The position numbers and the translations under genes were made by a program. The notes beneath the pieces are model-generated. The model made no database searches, had not been told where the DNA came from, and was given only the letters and a program-made list of their open reading frames with translations. A stretch of DNA of 64,000 nucleotides, taken from an uncultured virus (IMG/VR IMGVR_UViG_3300027793_000087). Taxonomy: Duplodnaviria; Heunggongvirae; Uroviricota; Caudoviricetes. Location of the stretch: IMG/VR virus record IMGVR_UViG_3300027793_000087. One strand, 5' to 3'. Each line of letters opens with the position of its first letter. Within the stretch, counting starts at the first letter, position 1. Shown piece by piece: positions 1 to 8,655 of this stretch.

Positions 1-1731
1 CTCCTTGTTCTTGCGGTTTACAGTAACAGTGTCACCGCCAACAATACGCAGCAGCTGAGAAACAACAGCATTGCGATTTCGATCGGGCGCACGCGCGTCC
101 GTAAACGATGCAAGTAATTTTCCAAGCCACGGTTGTAGTCCGAACGTGTCACAGAGCTCTCCTAGTTCTGGCGCGACGGTGTTGTGCTGTCCAAGCAGCG
201 CCACCAGCACCTTGTTGATGGTCCCCTTGCCTGATCGGCGGGGTCCGATTAGATTAAAAAACTTCTGCTGGCGCGTGTCTCCGGAGAGTACGTAGCCGAA
301 CATCTCCTGCAGGCACTGTATCGACTCGGTGTCCTTCTCCCACAGCTGCGAGAGAAACGATTCCCAGGTCGGGCAGGTCGCGGCAGGGTCGTACGAAAAG
401 GGCAGGCTGTTCTGGGTGAAGAATCCTAAAGAGTGTGGTAGTAGCACCGACTCCTCAAGATGAAATAGTCCATTCTCCACCGAGATGAGCTTACCCGCCT
501 CAGGGCGGCCGTTCTCGTAGCCCGCAAGCCAGACAGGCGGCTTGGTGTTGGGCGCGTTGCGTAGGTGCGTGAGGGCCTTTGTAGCATCCAGCGCCGCCGA
601 AACCGATGCAGGGTTTGGAGCGAATGGAATAAGATTCCCACGACGGTCCGTCTTCTGGCAGCGATCAAGGAATTGATAGATCGCGGCCCGTATTGTCGCC
701 TCCTCAATCTGCTCGTAATGTGTCCCGCGGTATACGTACCAATCGTCGGCGTAGTGTACAAGCTTAACCCCTTCTTCGCATGTGTAGAGAGACTCCAGAA
801 ACTGACGCGCGTGTTCCATCGGGGCCTGGCCGAGTACTATCTCGCCGCGCTCCAGGGCCTCCTGCTTTTTTGTCTGGTTGACCTTGAATATCAGCGATCG
901 CAGCGTGGCACCGCCCTTCTTGGTAAACGTGTCCCACTTCCGGTCGCACAGCCCCGGGCTGTAGGATCCGCACTTCCCGTCGTTGTCCGACCAGCGGTCC
1001 CACAGCTCGAGCGCCTCGACGTCGCCGTTAAACTGGTGGTGCAGGGCCATCCCGACCGTGATCCACTCGGTATAGCTGCACTCCGGGTCGAAGTGTGGCA
1101 GCAGCTCCGTCTCGACTCGTGCCAGGTCGTACTCCTCGACCGGGGCACGGTAATCCGCGAAGTCGTCGCCGGACTGTTTTACCGTCCGCTCCGGTACGAT
1201 GGTCGACAGGTCCTGGGCCTCGGTGGGCAGGTCCCCGCGCACCTTGCGCCCGGTGACGGTGAAGTAGCGCCCGCGTGGGTAGATCTCTATACCCTTCTCG
1301 TGGTCGACGTGGGCATAGCCCAGGTCTGCCCGTGTGAATATCTTCACGCCGGTCCCGGACGGGCTGATCTCCATGTAGCCGTCGACGCTGTCCGCTATGG
1401 ACTCCGAGTCTGGGTTTGTGAAGTCTCCCGTCTGGGGGTCGATGCAGTCGTCGAGGTCGATACCGACCAGCTTGTCGGAACCGTCGAAGACGAACCCCAC
1501 CCCGTCGAATCGGCCGGTCATGTAGGCGCTCTGGGCGGACAGGAAGTCTGTCCAGGTCTGGGGGTCGTTGCTCTTGGCCGCGCGCTTGTCTGCCTGTACA
1601 GGCAGCTTCTTCCACTTCTTGCCGTCGTTGTCGACGACCTCGACGTAGTCCCACAGGACCCACCTCGGCACCATCTTGAGCGCCATCGGTATGTCCTCGA
1701 ATATCACCGGCAGGTTGTTAGGTTTACTCAT
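1..1731 (-). CDS. Primase-polymerase / PriCT-2 / D5-like SF3 helicase (5' part; runs off the left edge)
   Basis: Not in ORF track because it has no stop in the window. ATG at 1731 (MSKPNNLPVIFEDIPMALKMVPRWVLW). Prim-pol-like GIDLDDC and EISPSGTGVKIF, PriCT-2-like WITVGMALHHQF, Walker A GPRRSGKGT. Confidence 0.9.
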   Translation of the reverse strand, partial: MSKPNNLPVIFEDIPMALKMVPRWVLWDYVEVVDNDGKKWKKLPVQADKRAAKSNDPQTWTDFLSAQSAYMTGRFDGVGFVFDGSDKLVGIDLDDCIDPQTGDFTNPDSESIADSVDGYMEISPSGTGVKIFTRADLGYAHVDHEKGIEIYPRGRYFTVTGRKVRGDLPTEAQDLSTIVPERTVKQSGDDFADYRAPVEEYDLARVETELLPHFDPECSYTEWITVGMALHHQFNGDVEALELWDRWSDNDGKCGSYSPGLCDRKWDTFTKKGGATLRSLIFKVNQTKKQEALERGEIVLGQAPMEHARQFLESLYTCEEGVKLVHYADDWYVYRGTHYEQIEEATIRAAIYQFLDRCQKTDRRGNLIPFAPNPASVSAALDATKALTHLRNAPNTKPPVWLAGYENGRPEAGKLISVENGLFHLEESVLLPHSLGFFTQNSLPFSYDPAATCPTWESFLSQLWEKDTESIQCLQEMFGYVLSGDTRQQKFFNLIGPRRSGKGTINKVLVALLGQHNTVAPELGELCDTFGLQPWLGKLLASFTDARAPDRNRNAVVSQLLRIVGGDTVTVNRKNKE

Positions 1732-1856
1732 AGATTTTCCCTTGTGTTGCGTCATTCTAGGTCTGGTCGTTTTGGTGTGTCAATACGGCAAAATTTGCCG
1801 TTTTTGATTGTCGGCCACTTACGATCCAAAGTTAAAGTCAATTCTCGAATATTGCC

Positions 1857-1991
1857 GGGGTTGCGGGGGTAGTAGGGGTCTAAACGTAATTATTCGTTTT
1901 TAAATTAAAAATTAAAAATGAAATTATTCTGGACCGACCTCACATAGACCCCCGCTACCCCTACTACCCCTGACAAATGTCCGGACAAGTT
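1857..1991. repeat. Origin-like element copy 1: GGGGTAG/CTACCCC inverted iterons around an AT-rich core
   Basis: GGGGTAGTAGGGGTCTA...AT-rich...TAGACCCCCGCTACCCCTACTACCCC. Near-copy at 10041-10178. Confidence 0.75.
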
Positions 1992-2157
1992 AGGCACGGT
2001 TCAGGTAGCGATCGGCAAAAATTGCCGCCGCCAGATACATATCCTTGGCCGCCTGTTCCATCTCGAGCGCCAACGACTCGGCCATTCGCTTGGCGTAGTA
2101 GTTGGTCCCTGCCTGGGCAAGCATAAACTTTAGGATAAGCTCTTCACGTGTTTCCAT
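1990..2157 (-). CDS. Hypothetical protein, 55 aa (METREELILKFML...)
   Basis: Read by hand; AAGGAG RBS upstream; below the ORF-track cutoff. Confidence 0.6.
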   Translation of the reverse strand: METREELILKFMLAQAGTNYYAKRMAESLALEMEQAAKDMYLAAAIFADRYLNRA

Positions 2158-2173
2158 GTTAGTGACTCCTTGG

Positions 2174-2374
2174 TTAGTTAATTGGGATAAAATTTTTGCG
2201 TTTTAAGACGTCCGTGAACCACTCCCTGAACTCTGCCCTTGCCTCTGGGCTCTGGACGTCGTACGGGCCGCATATCGCGTCCAGGACGTGCTCTCCGGTC
2301 TCGGAGTCGTTTGCCACGATCCGCTGCAGTATGCCGCGATCGTCGTGCACCTCGATCAGTCTGACCTTTTTCAA
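2174..2374 (-). CDS. Hypothetical protein, 66 aa
   Basis: TTG start overlapping the stop of the sigma gene; 3' part of track ORF 2174..2602. Confidence 0.55.
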   Translation of the reverse strand: MKKVRLIEVHDDRGILQRIVANDSETGEHVLDAICGPYDVQSPEARAEFREWFTDVLKRKNFIPIN

Positions 2375-2943
2375 TCCTCGCTCTCCTCTTGAAATTTTTC
2401 CTGATTGAATGACTCCAGCGATGCCGGCTCCCTGGATATGTGCTCCCTGAGCTCGTCCAGGCGGCTGACGTGGACCTTGAGACGGTCGGCCAGCTCGGCG
2501 TCGGTGGGCTCCCTTCTCAGCTCCTGGCTCATGGCCCGCTCGGTGTACTTCATGCGCCGTATCTCCTCGGCCACGTTGACGGGGACCCGGATCAGGCTCC
2601 ACTCGTTATCAAGGGCCCTCCTCACGCCCTTGAGAATGAACGGCTTTGCGTACGTCGCGAACCGGGCACCATTCTTCGGGGTCCACTTCTTGGCGGCTCG
2701 GATCAGCGCCTCGTTGCCCATGGCGATGAGATCCTCGAACGGCACCGCCCCGTGGTGCCATGCCGGTGTCTCCTTGACGACCGAAACGACAAACCTGAGG
2801 TTGTGCCGTACAAGTTTCTCCAGCGCGGCGTTGTCTCCGGAGGCGATCATGCCGGCCAGCCGCTCCTCCTCCTCGAGCGGCAGGGGCTGTACCGAGTACA
2901 GCCGGCCCAAATAGCTTGATATGGCGGATCGGTCACTTGGCAA
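2371..2943 (-). CDS. Sigma-70 family factor, regions 1.2-3 only
   Basis: LVRHNLRFVVSV, FEDLIAMGNEALIRA, RFATYA, LIRVPVN, ELRREPTDAELA; ends after PASLE with no region 4. Confidence 0.88.
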   Translation of the reverse strand: MPSDRSAISSYLGRLYSVQPLPLEEEERLAGMIASGDNAALEKLVRHNLRFVVSVVKETPAWHHGAVPFEDLIAMGNEALIRAAKKWTPKNGARFATYAKPFILKGVRRALDNEWSLIRVPVNVAEEIRRMKYTERAMSQELRREPTDAELADRLKVHVSRLDELREHISREPASLESFNQEKFQEESED

Positions 2944-3067
2944 AATAGTAGCTCCCTGCGACCATCAGCAGCCCGATCACGATCATGGCGATGTGCTCGC
3001 CTGAGTAACCCCCGACGCTCATCAGCCAGCCAAGAAATGCCATAAAAAATCCGACGGCTCTCATCAT
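2933..3067 (-). CDS. Small membrane protein
   Basis: Two hydrophobic stretches; GGAG RBS. Confidence 0.5.
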   Translation of the reverse strand: MMRAVGFFMAFLGWLMSVGGYSGEHIAMIVIGLLMVAGSYYFAK

Positions 3068-3133
3068 ATAACTCCCGTAAGTTTCAGGACCGCGGCCACG
3101 ATCATGGCCACCCACAACAGCAACATCAGCGGC

Positions 3134-3355
3134 TCATCGTACTGCATGCTTTCTCTCCTTTGCGATGCACCAGTCCAGCGTGCGCTCTGCGTTCTTTCGT
3201 TGGCTCTCCTCGTCGTTTAAGTCGTCAAACTCGTAGACGTAGAGCGGCTCGTTGTCCTGGAGTACGGCCCACGCGTTGTGCGTGCCGTCGTACGTGGCTC
3301 GGATGTCGTTGACGTCGGCCGGGACGAATGCCGGGGCAAGCTTAAACTGGCTCAT
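3134..3355 (-). CDS. Hypothetical protein
   Basis: ORF, start overlaps upstream stop. Confidence 0.65.
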   Translation of the reverse strand: MSQFKLAPAFVPADVNDIRATYDGTHNAWAVLQDNEPLYVYEFDDLNDEESQRKNAERTLDWCIAKERKHAVR

Positions 3356-3654
3356 ATCGCCTCCATGTGTCGTGCGTACTCCTCGCCGTGGATGTCGGCC
3401 ACGTACTCAAACGAGCCCTTGGTCCCGCGCTTTACCTCGTCGCGTGACGGGATGCGTGATCCCCAGTAGTCGCGTGTGTGCTCGCGGCCCAGCATGCAGT
3501 GACCGTCTTCCAGTGCCTGCATCATGGCACGCCCGTAGGATCCCTGCATGCGCCATGCGTGGAGTGAGTTGATCGCGCGCTGCAGGCTCTCGAAGTACTG
3601 CTCCTGGGTCTCGGCGCCGCTCTCAATGGTGTCGATGTCTGTCGTGTCGAACAT
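3352..3654 (-). CDS. Hypothetical protein
   Basis: AGGAG RBS; AWRMQGSYGRAMM. Confidence 0.7.
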   Translation of the reverse strand: MFDTTDIDTIESGAETQEQYFESLQRAINSLHAWRMQGSYGRAMMQALEDGHCMLGREHTRDYWGSRIPSRDEVKRGTKGSFEYVADIHGEEYARHMEAI

Positions 3655-3667
3655 GTCTATTCTCCTT

Positions 3668-4012
3668 TTATGACCCCAGCGCGAGCTCGATGACTCGCAC
3701 CGGGAGGTGGTTTGGGTGGACCATCATATCGTCCCTGCCCGTGTCGCGGTAGCCCTCGAAGAAGTCATGGTGGACGTCTTTTGTGGCCTCCTGCTGCTTC
3801 TTGGCGATGGCGAACAGCTGTCGCCATGTCGGGTTGAGCAGGACCTTTGAACGAAAGGGCCGGCTGTCCTCGCCGCCAAAAAATTGGTCTCGCTCGGCCC
3901 GGACCTGGCACAGCCCGGTGAACGCGACAAGGTTCTGTCGCATCCACCAGCAGCCGACCTGCGGGTCGAAGACGCCGCGCTCGAAGTCGTGTGTCGATAC
4001 GGAGTATCTCAT
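3668..4012 (-). CDS. Hypothetical protein
   Basis: ATGA-coupled to upstream gene. Confidence 0.65.
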   Translation of the reverse strand: MRYSVSTHDFERGVFDPQVGCWWMRQNLVAFTGLCQVRAERDQFFGGEDSRPFRSKVLLNPTWRQLFAIAKKQQEATKDVHHDFFEGYRDTGRDDMMVHPNHLPVRVIELALGS

Positions 4013-4281
4013 TCGGCGACCCCCGTCACCTCGAGTATGGTCTCGCGGTTCACGGCCCGGTACGAGGCCTTGGTCATGTCGTAGACCGTGACGTACTTCG
4101 AGGCATCGAGGGTGCTCTTGCCGCCCTTGAGGTGCTTGGTGACGCCCATCCGGCAGTTCATCTTGCGGATGCTGCCGTCGGACTTGAGAAATGTCACGGT
4201 GACGAATCCCTTGGCCTGCTCAAGCTTCTCGGCCAGCTTGCGGGACTGGACGGGGTCGATGGTGATTCCTTTGTTCTGCAT
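4009..4281 (-). CDS. SH3-like/WYL-like small protein
   Basis: FVTVTFLKSDGSIRKMNCRMGV...VTVYDM...YRAVN pattern; AGGAG RBS. Confidence 0.6.
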   Translation of the reverse strand: MQNKGITIDPVQSRKLAEKLEQAKGFVTVTFLKSDGSIRKMNCRMGVTKHLKGGKSTLDASKYVTVYDMTKASYRAVNRETILEVTGVAE

Positions 4282-4294
4282 GGTAGTGCTCCTT

Positions 4295-4489
4295 TTAGGC
4301 TGTTTTTGATTGTAAAACGTCAAACCGCTTGATTGCTTTTTCGGGCATGTCGATCACCCGAATGCGCCAAGATCCGATACCGCTGCGGTCGTCTGAGATG
4401 TCCACAATTGTGGCCCGGACTCTGTCGAGGCGTTTGATTGTGTTTGTCAGCGATCGCGTGTCTGATAACACGACTATTTCTTCTTGCAT
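4295..4489 (-). CDS. Hypothetical protein, 64 aa
   Basis: AAGGAGCACTACCATG leader, shared with the next gene. Confidence 0.6.
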   Translation of the reverse strand: MQEEIVVLSDTRSLTNTIKRLDRVRATIVDISDDRSGIGSWRIRVIDMPEKAIKRFDVLQSKTA

Positions 4490-4517
4490 GGTAGTGCTCC
4501 TTGTTGTTGAGATTGAA

Positions 4518-4820
4518 TTATATGACTTCGTAGCTGCCGCGTACAGCCCTGGCCCAGCGCTTGGCGTAGTCCTTGGCCTCGTCCTCGTAGCGGCCGCCGC
4601 CGTACAGGACCGCGGGCCACCAGCGCTCCTCGTAGTCGGGGTGGTCTGAGTTCTCGTCGCCGTAGACCACCCACGACCCGCCGTCGTACGTGACGGTGAT
4701 GACGGGCTCGGGCGGCTCCTCGACGGACCAGAGCTCGCGCTCGTCTTGCACGACCGTGACGTTGATCGTGGCCGGCTCGCCTGCCGCGTCGAAGACATCA
4801 AGAGGGTATGTCGTGCTCAT
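4518..4820 (-). CDS. Hypothetical protein, 100 aa
   Basis: GGAGG RBS, ATGA overlap. Confidence 0.6.
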   Translation of the reverse strand: MSTTYPLDVFDAAGEPATINVTVVQDERELWSVEEPPEPVITVTYDGGSWVVYGDENSDHPDYEERWWPAVLYGGGRYEDEAKDYAKRWARAVRGSYEVI

Positions 4821-5017
4821 GCTGCCTCCTTGGCCGGGTTGGCGTGCGACGCTGCCGACGCGCGCAGGATCTCGTCCGCGAGCTTCACGGCGTCGGCGTT
4901 GTGCAGGTAGAACGTCGCCGTGACGGGGAAATTGTGGACGCTGATGATGACGTCGCCGTCGTCGCAGGGTATTGCGCTGATGGAGTAGCGCGACTCGTTG
5001 TAGGTGTAGTCTTGCAT
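4817..5017 (-). CDS. Hypothetical protein
   Basis: AGGAG RBS, downstream of promoter-like repeat. Confidence 0.65.
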   Translation of the reverse strand: MQDYTYNESRYSISAIPCDDGDVIISVHNFPVTATFYLHNADAVKLADEILRASAASHANPAKEAA

Positions 5018-5049
5018 GGTCTTGCTCCTTTTTGTGGTTGGTATGTGTT

Positions 5050-5069
5050 TGGTTTTTCGTGGGTACTTT
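5050..5069 (-). promoter_or_regulatory. Early promoter-like repeat AAAGTACCCACGAAAAACCA, copy 1
   Basis: Identical 20-mer found five times, each upstream of a minus-strand gene. Confidence 0.6.
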
Positions 5070-5141
5070 TACGGCAGGTCCCACGGGCGCATTACGAGAA
5101 CGACGGCCGCGAGGCCGGCCAGCAGAATGATCTCGCCCATG

Positions 5142-5414
5142 TCAGATCACCTTGTCGTACTCAAAGCCCAGCGACTCGACGATGTAGGCGATGGCATGCC
5201 AGCCCTCGCTGTCCATGGCGCCCCACTTGTAGCCGATGCGCAGGGCCTCTCCGAGGCGGCTGATCTTGCCCTCGAGCAGCAGGCGCTCGATCTCGCGGTT
5301 CATCTTGGCCGCGATCTCGTCACGGCCGGGCTCGCCGTACAGCGACCAGTCGTCGGCGGTGAGGTTGATCTCGGCACGTACCGAGATGCTGATTGGTTTG
5401 ACTTTTTGTGACAT
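5142..5414 (-). CDS. Hypothetical protein
   Basis: GGAG RBS. Confidence 0.65.
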   Translation of the reverse strand: MSQKVKPISISVRAEINLTADDWSLYGEPGRDEIAAKMNREIERLLLEGKISRLGEALRIGYKWGAMDSEGWHAIAYIVESLGFEYDKVI

Positions 5415-5417
5415 GGT

Positions 5418-5705
5418 TTATTGCTCCGTTTGTTGTGGTTGGTATTGTGGATAATTGCGGACCCAAGAGTACTGTTTGCGGCTCGATGTGTTGCGCTCCC
5501 GGTACCGCGGCTCGATGCCGTACTTTGTGCGGTACTCGATATGGAACCGGGACAAGTCGCAATCCTCCTCTAGGTAAACCCAATCCCCCCGTTGGTATGA
5601 GTAGTGCGAGATCTGCGCCTCGATGCCCAAGTCGCGCAGCAGCGCGCGCGGCACCTTGGCCCAGCCGTGGCCGGCGTCGGCAATAAAGTCGAACGTTTTT
5701 TGCAT
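5418..5705 (-). CDS. Conserved-looking phage hypothetical protein
   Basis: DAGHGWAKV...SHYSYQRGDWVYLEEDCD; AGGAG RBS. Confidence 0.7.
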   Translation of the reverse strand: MQKTFDFIADAGHGWAKVPRALLRDLGIEAQISHYSYQRGDWVYLEEDCDLSRFHIEYRTKYGIEPRYRERNTSSRKQYSWVRNYPQYQPQQTEQ

Positions 5706-5730
5706 GGTGTGCTCCTGTTGTTGTGTTGGT

Positions 5731-5835
5731 GGGAGAGGGCGGGCAGCTGACTCCCGAATCCGCCCCACTGCGGCGCGCGGAGGGTATTCGTCCGTCGCGT
5801 TGTCCCGCAGTGCAGGGCTGCACTTTCCCTCTCCC
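5731..5835 (-). ncRNA. Unclassified multi-stem structured RNA with possible kissing loop
   Basis: 9-bp closing stem GGGAGAGGG/CCCUCUCCC, three internal hairpins, loop complementarity CGAAU/AUUCG. Confidence 0.6.
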
Positions 5836-5840
5836 GTTGA

Positions 5841-6056
5841 TCACTCGGTCGACAGGCCGGCGGCGCTGTCTGCGTTGTACTGCTCGGCGCTGTACCAGCC
5901 GTCGATCTTGGCCGGCGGCGGGTAGCCGCAGGTGTGCAGGTTGGCGTCGTGCTCGGCGCGGGCCTGCTTACGTGCCTGCTGCTTTCTGTCCCACTCGCGG
6001 GCAAGCTTCAGCTGGTTGTTGAAGTACTGGTCGAAGATGTCGTTGACTGATTGCAT
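5841..6056 (-). CDS. Hypothetical protein
   Basis: CAACAGGAGCACACCATG leader. Confidence 0.6.
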   Translation of the reverse strand: MQSVNDIFDQYFNNQLKLAREWDRKQQARKQARAEHDANLHTCGYPPPAKIDGWYSAEQYNADSAAGLSTE

Positions 6057-6076
6057 GGTGTGCTCCTGTTGTGTTG

Positions 6077-6352
6077 TCATTCTACTGGTTTTTCGTGGGT
6101 ACTTTTTTGCTGCTCGATTCGGGCCTCGGTCACCTTGCGCTGCGCCCAGTGGTAGCCGTGTGAGAGGGCCTCCATGTAGCTGCGGTGGGTGTAGTACCGG
6201 ACGCTGCCCCGGCCGTGGGCCCTTGACTGGGCCGTGACCTTGCCGTCGGGCCAGTACGTGATCCGGTAGTGCATGCCCTCCGGGAGGCCGTCTGCCCGGA
6301 CACTGGCCGACATCCCGCCGTCGGGCCTGAATCGCTCAAAGAATTCGATCAT
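6077..6352 (-). CDS. Hypothetical protein
   Basis: GGGGAG RBS, ATGA overlap. Confidence 0.6.
   Translation of the reverse strand: MIEFFERFRPDGGMSASVRADGLPEGMHYRITYWPDGKVTAQSRAHGRGSVRYYTHRSYMEALSHGYHWAQRKVTEARIEQQKSTHEKPVE
6083..6105 (-). promoter_or_regulatory. Early promoter-like repeat, copy 2
   Basis: AAAGTACCCACGAAAAACCAG followed by TAGAAT. Confidence 0.65.
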
Positions 6353-6558
6353 ATCTCTCCCCTTGTCAGCCGCTCTAGCTGTTTCGTTGCGTTGGCCCAC
6401 TGCGAGACCATCTCGGCAGAGTCCTCGAATTCGTAGTCGATCACTGGCGTCTCGGTGCCGTCTGTCTCGACGCGGCAGATCCTGAATAAATCCGACATGT
6501 CGTGATCGCAGCGCTCGACGCCGTTGCCGATGTTGCGGTATGGGTGAAGTGTGTACAT
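6349..6558 (-). CDS. Hypothetical protein, 69 aa
   Basis: CAGGAG RBS before MYTLHPYRN. Confidence 0.6.
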   Translation of the reverse strand: MYTLHPYRNIGNGVERCDHDMSDLFRICRVETDGTETPVIDYEFEDSAEMVSQWANATKQLERLTRGEI

Positions 6559-6587
6559 GGTGTCACTCCTGTGTTGTGGTTGGTATC

Positions 6588-7031
6588 TTACTGGTTTTTC
6601 GTGGGTACTTTGTAGATCGCGAAGACGCGCGACCCGGCGCGCGTGCCTGCGGTGTCGATGATCCTGCCATCGACGACGGCAAAGGCGTGGCCCGTGATCA
6701 GGACCACGTGCCGGCCGTCTTGCAGGCCCCGCAGCGCGGTCTCCACGGTCATGCCTTGGCCGGGTGTGGTGTTGGTGAAGCTGCCCGCGAAACGTGCTCG
6801 GCCCGTGGACCCGTAGACCCCGACCAGCCGCAGGCCCGCCTCGATGTAGGCCTTGTGGTAGGTCGAGAACGTGGCGCCCTTGCGGAAGCGGCGCCCGTGT
6901 TTGGATAGAAGGGCGTGCGCCTCGCCGTAGTCCCAGCCGGCTGCGTTGGCCAGCGCGCGGACGGTGCAGTCTCTGGCCTCGTTCATTCTTGACTGGCCCT
7001 GAGAGACGGGCCATAGCGTTTTGCGTGTCAT
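6588..7031 (-). CDS. Hypothetical protein with Cys...His motif
   Basis: RDCTVRALA...GHAFAVVDG; RBS downstream of hammerhead 1. Confidence 0.65.
   Translation of the reverse strand: MTRKTLWPVSQGQSRMNEARDCTVRALANAAGWDYGEAHALLSKHGRRFRKGATFSTYHKAYIEAGLRLVGVYGSTGRARFAGSFTNTTPGQGMTVETALRGLQDGRHVVLITGHAFAVVDGRIIDTAGTRAGSRVFAIYKVPTKNQ
6589..6611 (-). promoter_or_regulatory. Early promoter-like repeat, copy 3
   Basis: Core followed by TAAGAT. Confidence 0.65.
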
Positions 7032-7053
7032 GGTGTCTTGCTCCTGTTGTGTT

Positions 7054-7105
7054 GCACTGGACCCCGTCTCCGGGGTTTCGGCCATTGAGGCCTCGTCAGC
7101 AGTGC
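7054..7105 (-). ncRNA. Type I hammerhead ribozyme 1
   Basis: GCACUG CUGACGA GGCC UCAAU GGCC GAAA CCCCG GAGA CGGGG UC^CAGUGC. Confidence 0.93.
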
Positions 7106-7462
7106 TCAGAATGAGAAGTCGTGGTAATGGTCGCGGAATCCAAGGATCAGCCCGCCATACCTGTGCGACTTCCAGCGCCCGGTCTCGGGGTTGCGGATTA
7201 CACGGACCCAGCGATTGTCGCGGTCGCGCCGGTAGTGGTTGATCGGCGCGTTGGGGTTGGGCGTGCACTCGTACTGCTGGGCGTCGGACATGCCGTTGGC
7301 GTCGGTGCGGCGGACGTCGTCGTCTTGGACCGAGACGATCTTGCCGTCCCACGCCACGACGGTGCCTGCCTGTCGGTCGGTGTATCCGGTCATGGTGGCG
7401 CCCATGCCCACGACGGGCTCTGGTGCGTTGATTGTCATCGCCTCGTACATTTCATTGATCAT
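7106..7462 (-). CDS. Hypothetical protein, 118 aa
   Basis: EPVVGMGAT...TDR...RDHYHDFSF; RBS after hammerhead 2. Confidence 0.7.
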   Translation of the reverse strand: MINEMYEAMTINAPEPVVGMGATMTGYTDRQAGTVVAWDGKIVSVQDDDVRRTDANGMSDAQQYECTPNPNAPINHYRRDRDNRWVRVIRNPETGRWKSHRYGGLILGFRDHYHDFSF

Positions 7463-7484
7463 GGTTTTGCTCCTGTGTTGTGTT

Positions 7485-7536
7485 GCACTGGACCCCGTCG
7501 CCGGGGTTTCGGCCACTCAGGCCTCGTCAGCAGTGC
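7485..7536 (-). ncRNA. Type I hammerhead ribozyme 2
   Basis: GCACUG CUGACGA GGCC UGAGU GGCC GAAA CCCCG GCGA CGGGG UC^CAGUGC. Confidence 0.93.
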
Positions 7537-7717
7537 TGATCCATTTCAAATTGTAGACGGAGGGAAAATACTCGCCCGCCGTTGTCCACACACGCCCGGT
7601 CGATCCGGTGTGGTGTGGTGGCTGCCCGCCTTTCAGGGTTGCGGATTCACCGCGAAACGATGTCACTGTCGCGCCGGGTTTTACTGGGTTGTTTTGATTG
7701 TCTACTAGTGTCCACAT
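7517..7717 (-). CDS. Hypothetical protein; 3' end overlaps hammerhead 2
   Basis: AGGAG RBS; stop TGA lies in ribozyme loop II. Confidence 0.65.
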   Translation of the reverse strand: MWTLVDNQNNPVKPGATVTSFRGESATLKGGQPPHHTGSTGRVWTTAGEYFPSVYNLKWISTADEA

Positions 7718-7750
7718 GGTTTAGCTCCTGTTGTGTTGTGGTTGGTGTCT

Positions 7751-7773
7751 TACTGGTTTTTCGTGGGTACTTT
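7751..7773 (-). promoter_or_regulatory. Early promoter-like repeat, copy 4
   Basis: Core followed by TAAGAC. Confidence 0.65.
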
Positions 7774-7775
7774 AT

Positions 7776-7827
7776 GCACTGGACCCCGTCTCCGGGGTTT
7801 CGGCCATTGAGGCCTCGTCAGCAGTGC
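7776..7827 (-). ncRNA. Type I hammerhead ribozyme 3
   Basis: Same sequence as copy 1. Confidence 0.93.
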
Positions 7828-7831
7828 TGGA

Positions 7832-8578
7832 TTATGCCGCAAGCTTGATCGGGATCACGCGCTGCGCCGTGTCGATCACGAACCCGCTGCCGTCGCGTTT
7901 TGCCTTGCCTTTGGCGTAGAGCGCGACGACGACGCCCTTGGGCTCGAGGTGGCGCACGTCGGAGTCGTCTCCGCCGATGCAGCGCATGCCCTGAAACGTC
8001 TCGGGGATCGACTCACGCGTGCGGAACACGACCGCGACGCGCATGCCGTTATCAATGGCCCGCTGCGCGTACTGGCGGAATGCCGCGACGCCGGAGTACG
8101 AAAACGTCAGATCGTAATTTGCCGGAATCTCGCGCCGATTGTTCAGCTTGGTGTAGTCGTAAAACTGCACGTTCGGGAACAGCTCGAACAGCGTACGGCC
8201 GCACGCAGCGCGGACCGTCTCCCACCGGATGTCGGACGTGCCGTTCAGCCGGACCAGCGGGGTCATGCCAAGCTTGGCAGCGCGACGGACCAGTCGCGCG
8301 ATGTCCTGCACCAGCAGTGACATAAAACCCGCGCGGTCCTCAAAAAAGAAATGCGTACGGTTTAGGCGCGCTGCCTGCACTGACGACATGGCGCCGCGGC
8401 CGGCGGTGAAGAGGCACGCCGACTTGCACCCGGCCAGCTCGGCCGTCGCGCAGACGTTGTGGCCAGACTGGTCGGCGGGGGCGAGATACAGGATGCCAGT
8501 CAGAAAGCCGAGGGTCTGGCCCTTGACGGTCTTGGCATTCGTGTCGATTGACAGCAGGTTTTTAGGTTTCTTGTGCAT
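7832..8578 (-). CDS. GP88-like (phage gene product 88) protein
   Basis: NVC...GCKSACL, RLNGTSDIRWE, QFYDYTK, NYDLTFSYSG, DDSDVRHLEP. Confidence 0.75.
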   Translation of the reverse strand: MHKKPKNLLSIDTNAKTVKGQTLGFLTGILYLAPADQSGHNVCATAELAGCKSACLFTAGRGAMSSVQAARLNRTHFFFEDRAGFMSLLVQDIARLVRRAAKLGMTPLVRLNGTSDIRWETVRAACGRTLFELFPNVQFYDYTKLNNRREIPANYDLTFSYSGVAAFRQYAQRAIDNGMRVAVVFRTRESIPETFQGMRCIGGDDSDVRHLEPKGVVVALYAKGKAKRDGSGFVIDTAQRVIPIKLAA

Positions 8579-8599
8579 GGTGTTTTGCTCCGTGTTGTT

Positions 8600-8651
8600 G
8601 CATCAGACCCGCTGTCGCGGGTTTCGGCCACTCAGGCCTCGTCAGTGATGC
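8600..8651 (-). ncRNA. Type I hammerhead ribozyme 4
   Basis: GCAUCA CUGACGA GGCC UGAGU GGCC GAAA CCCGC GACA GCGGG UC^UGAUGC; compensatory changes in stems I and III. Confidence 0.93.
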
Positions 8652-8655
8652 TGAA

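Noticed and set aside
565..1872. 435-aa plus-strand ORF
   Set aside because: Antisense shadow of the primase-helicase; the same applies to 11458-12387, 15755-16912, 20130-21065 and 51618-52286.
5446..5454. Second DnaA box
   Set aside because: Single 9-mer inside a coding region; could be chance.
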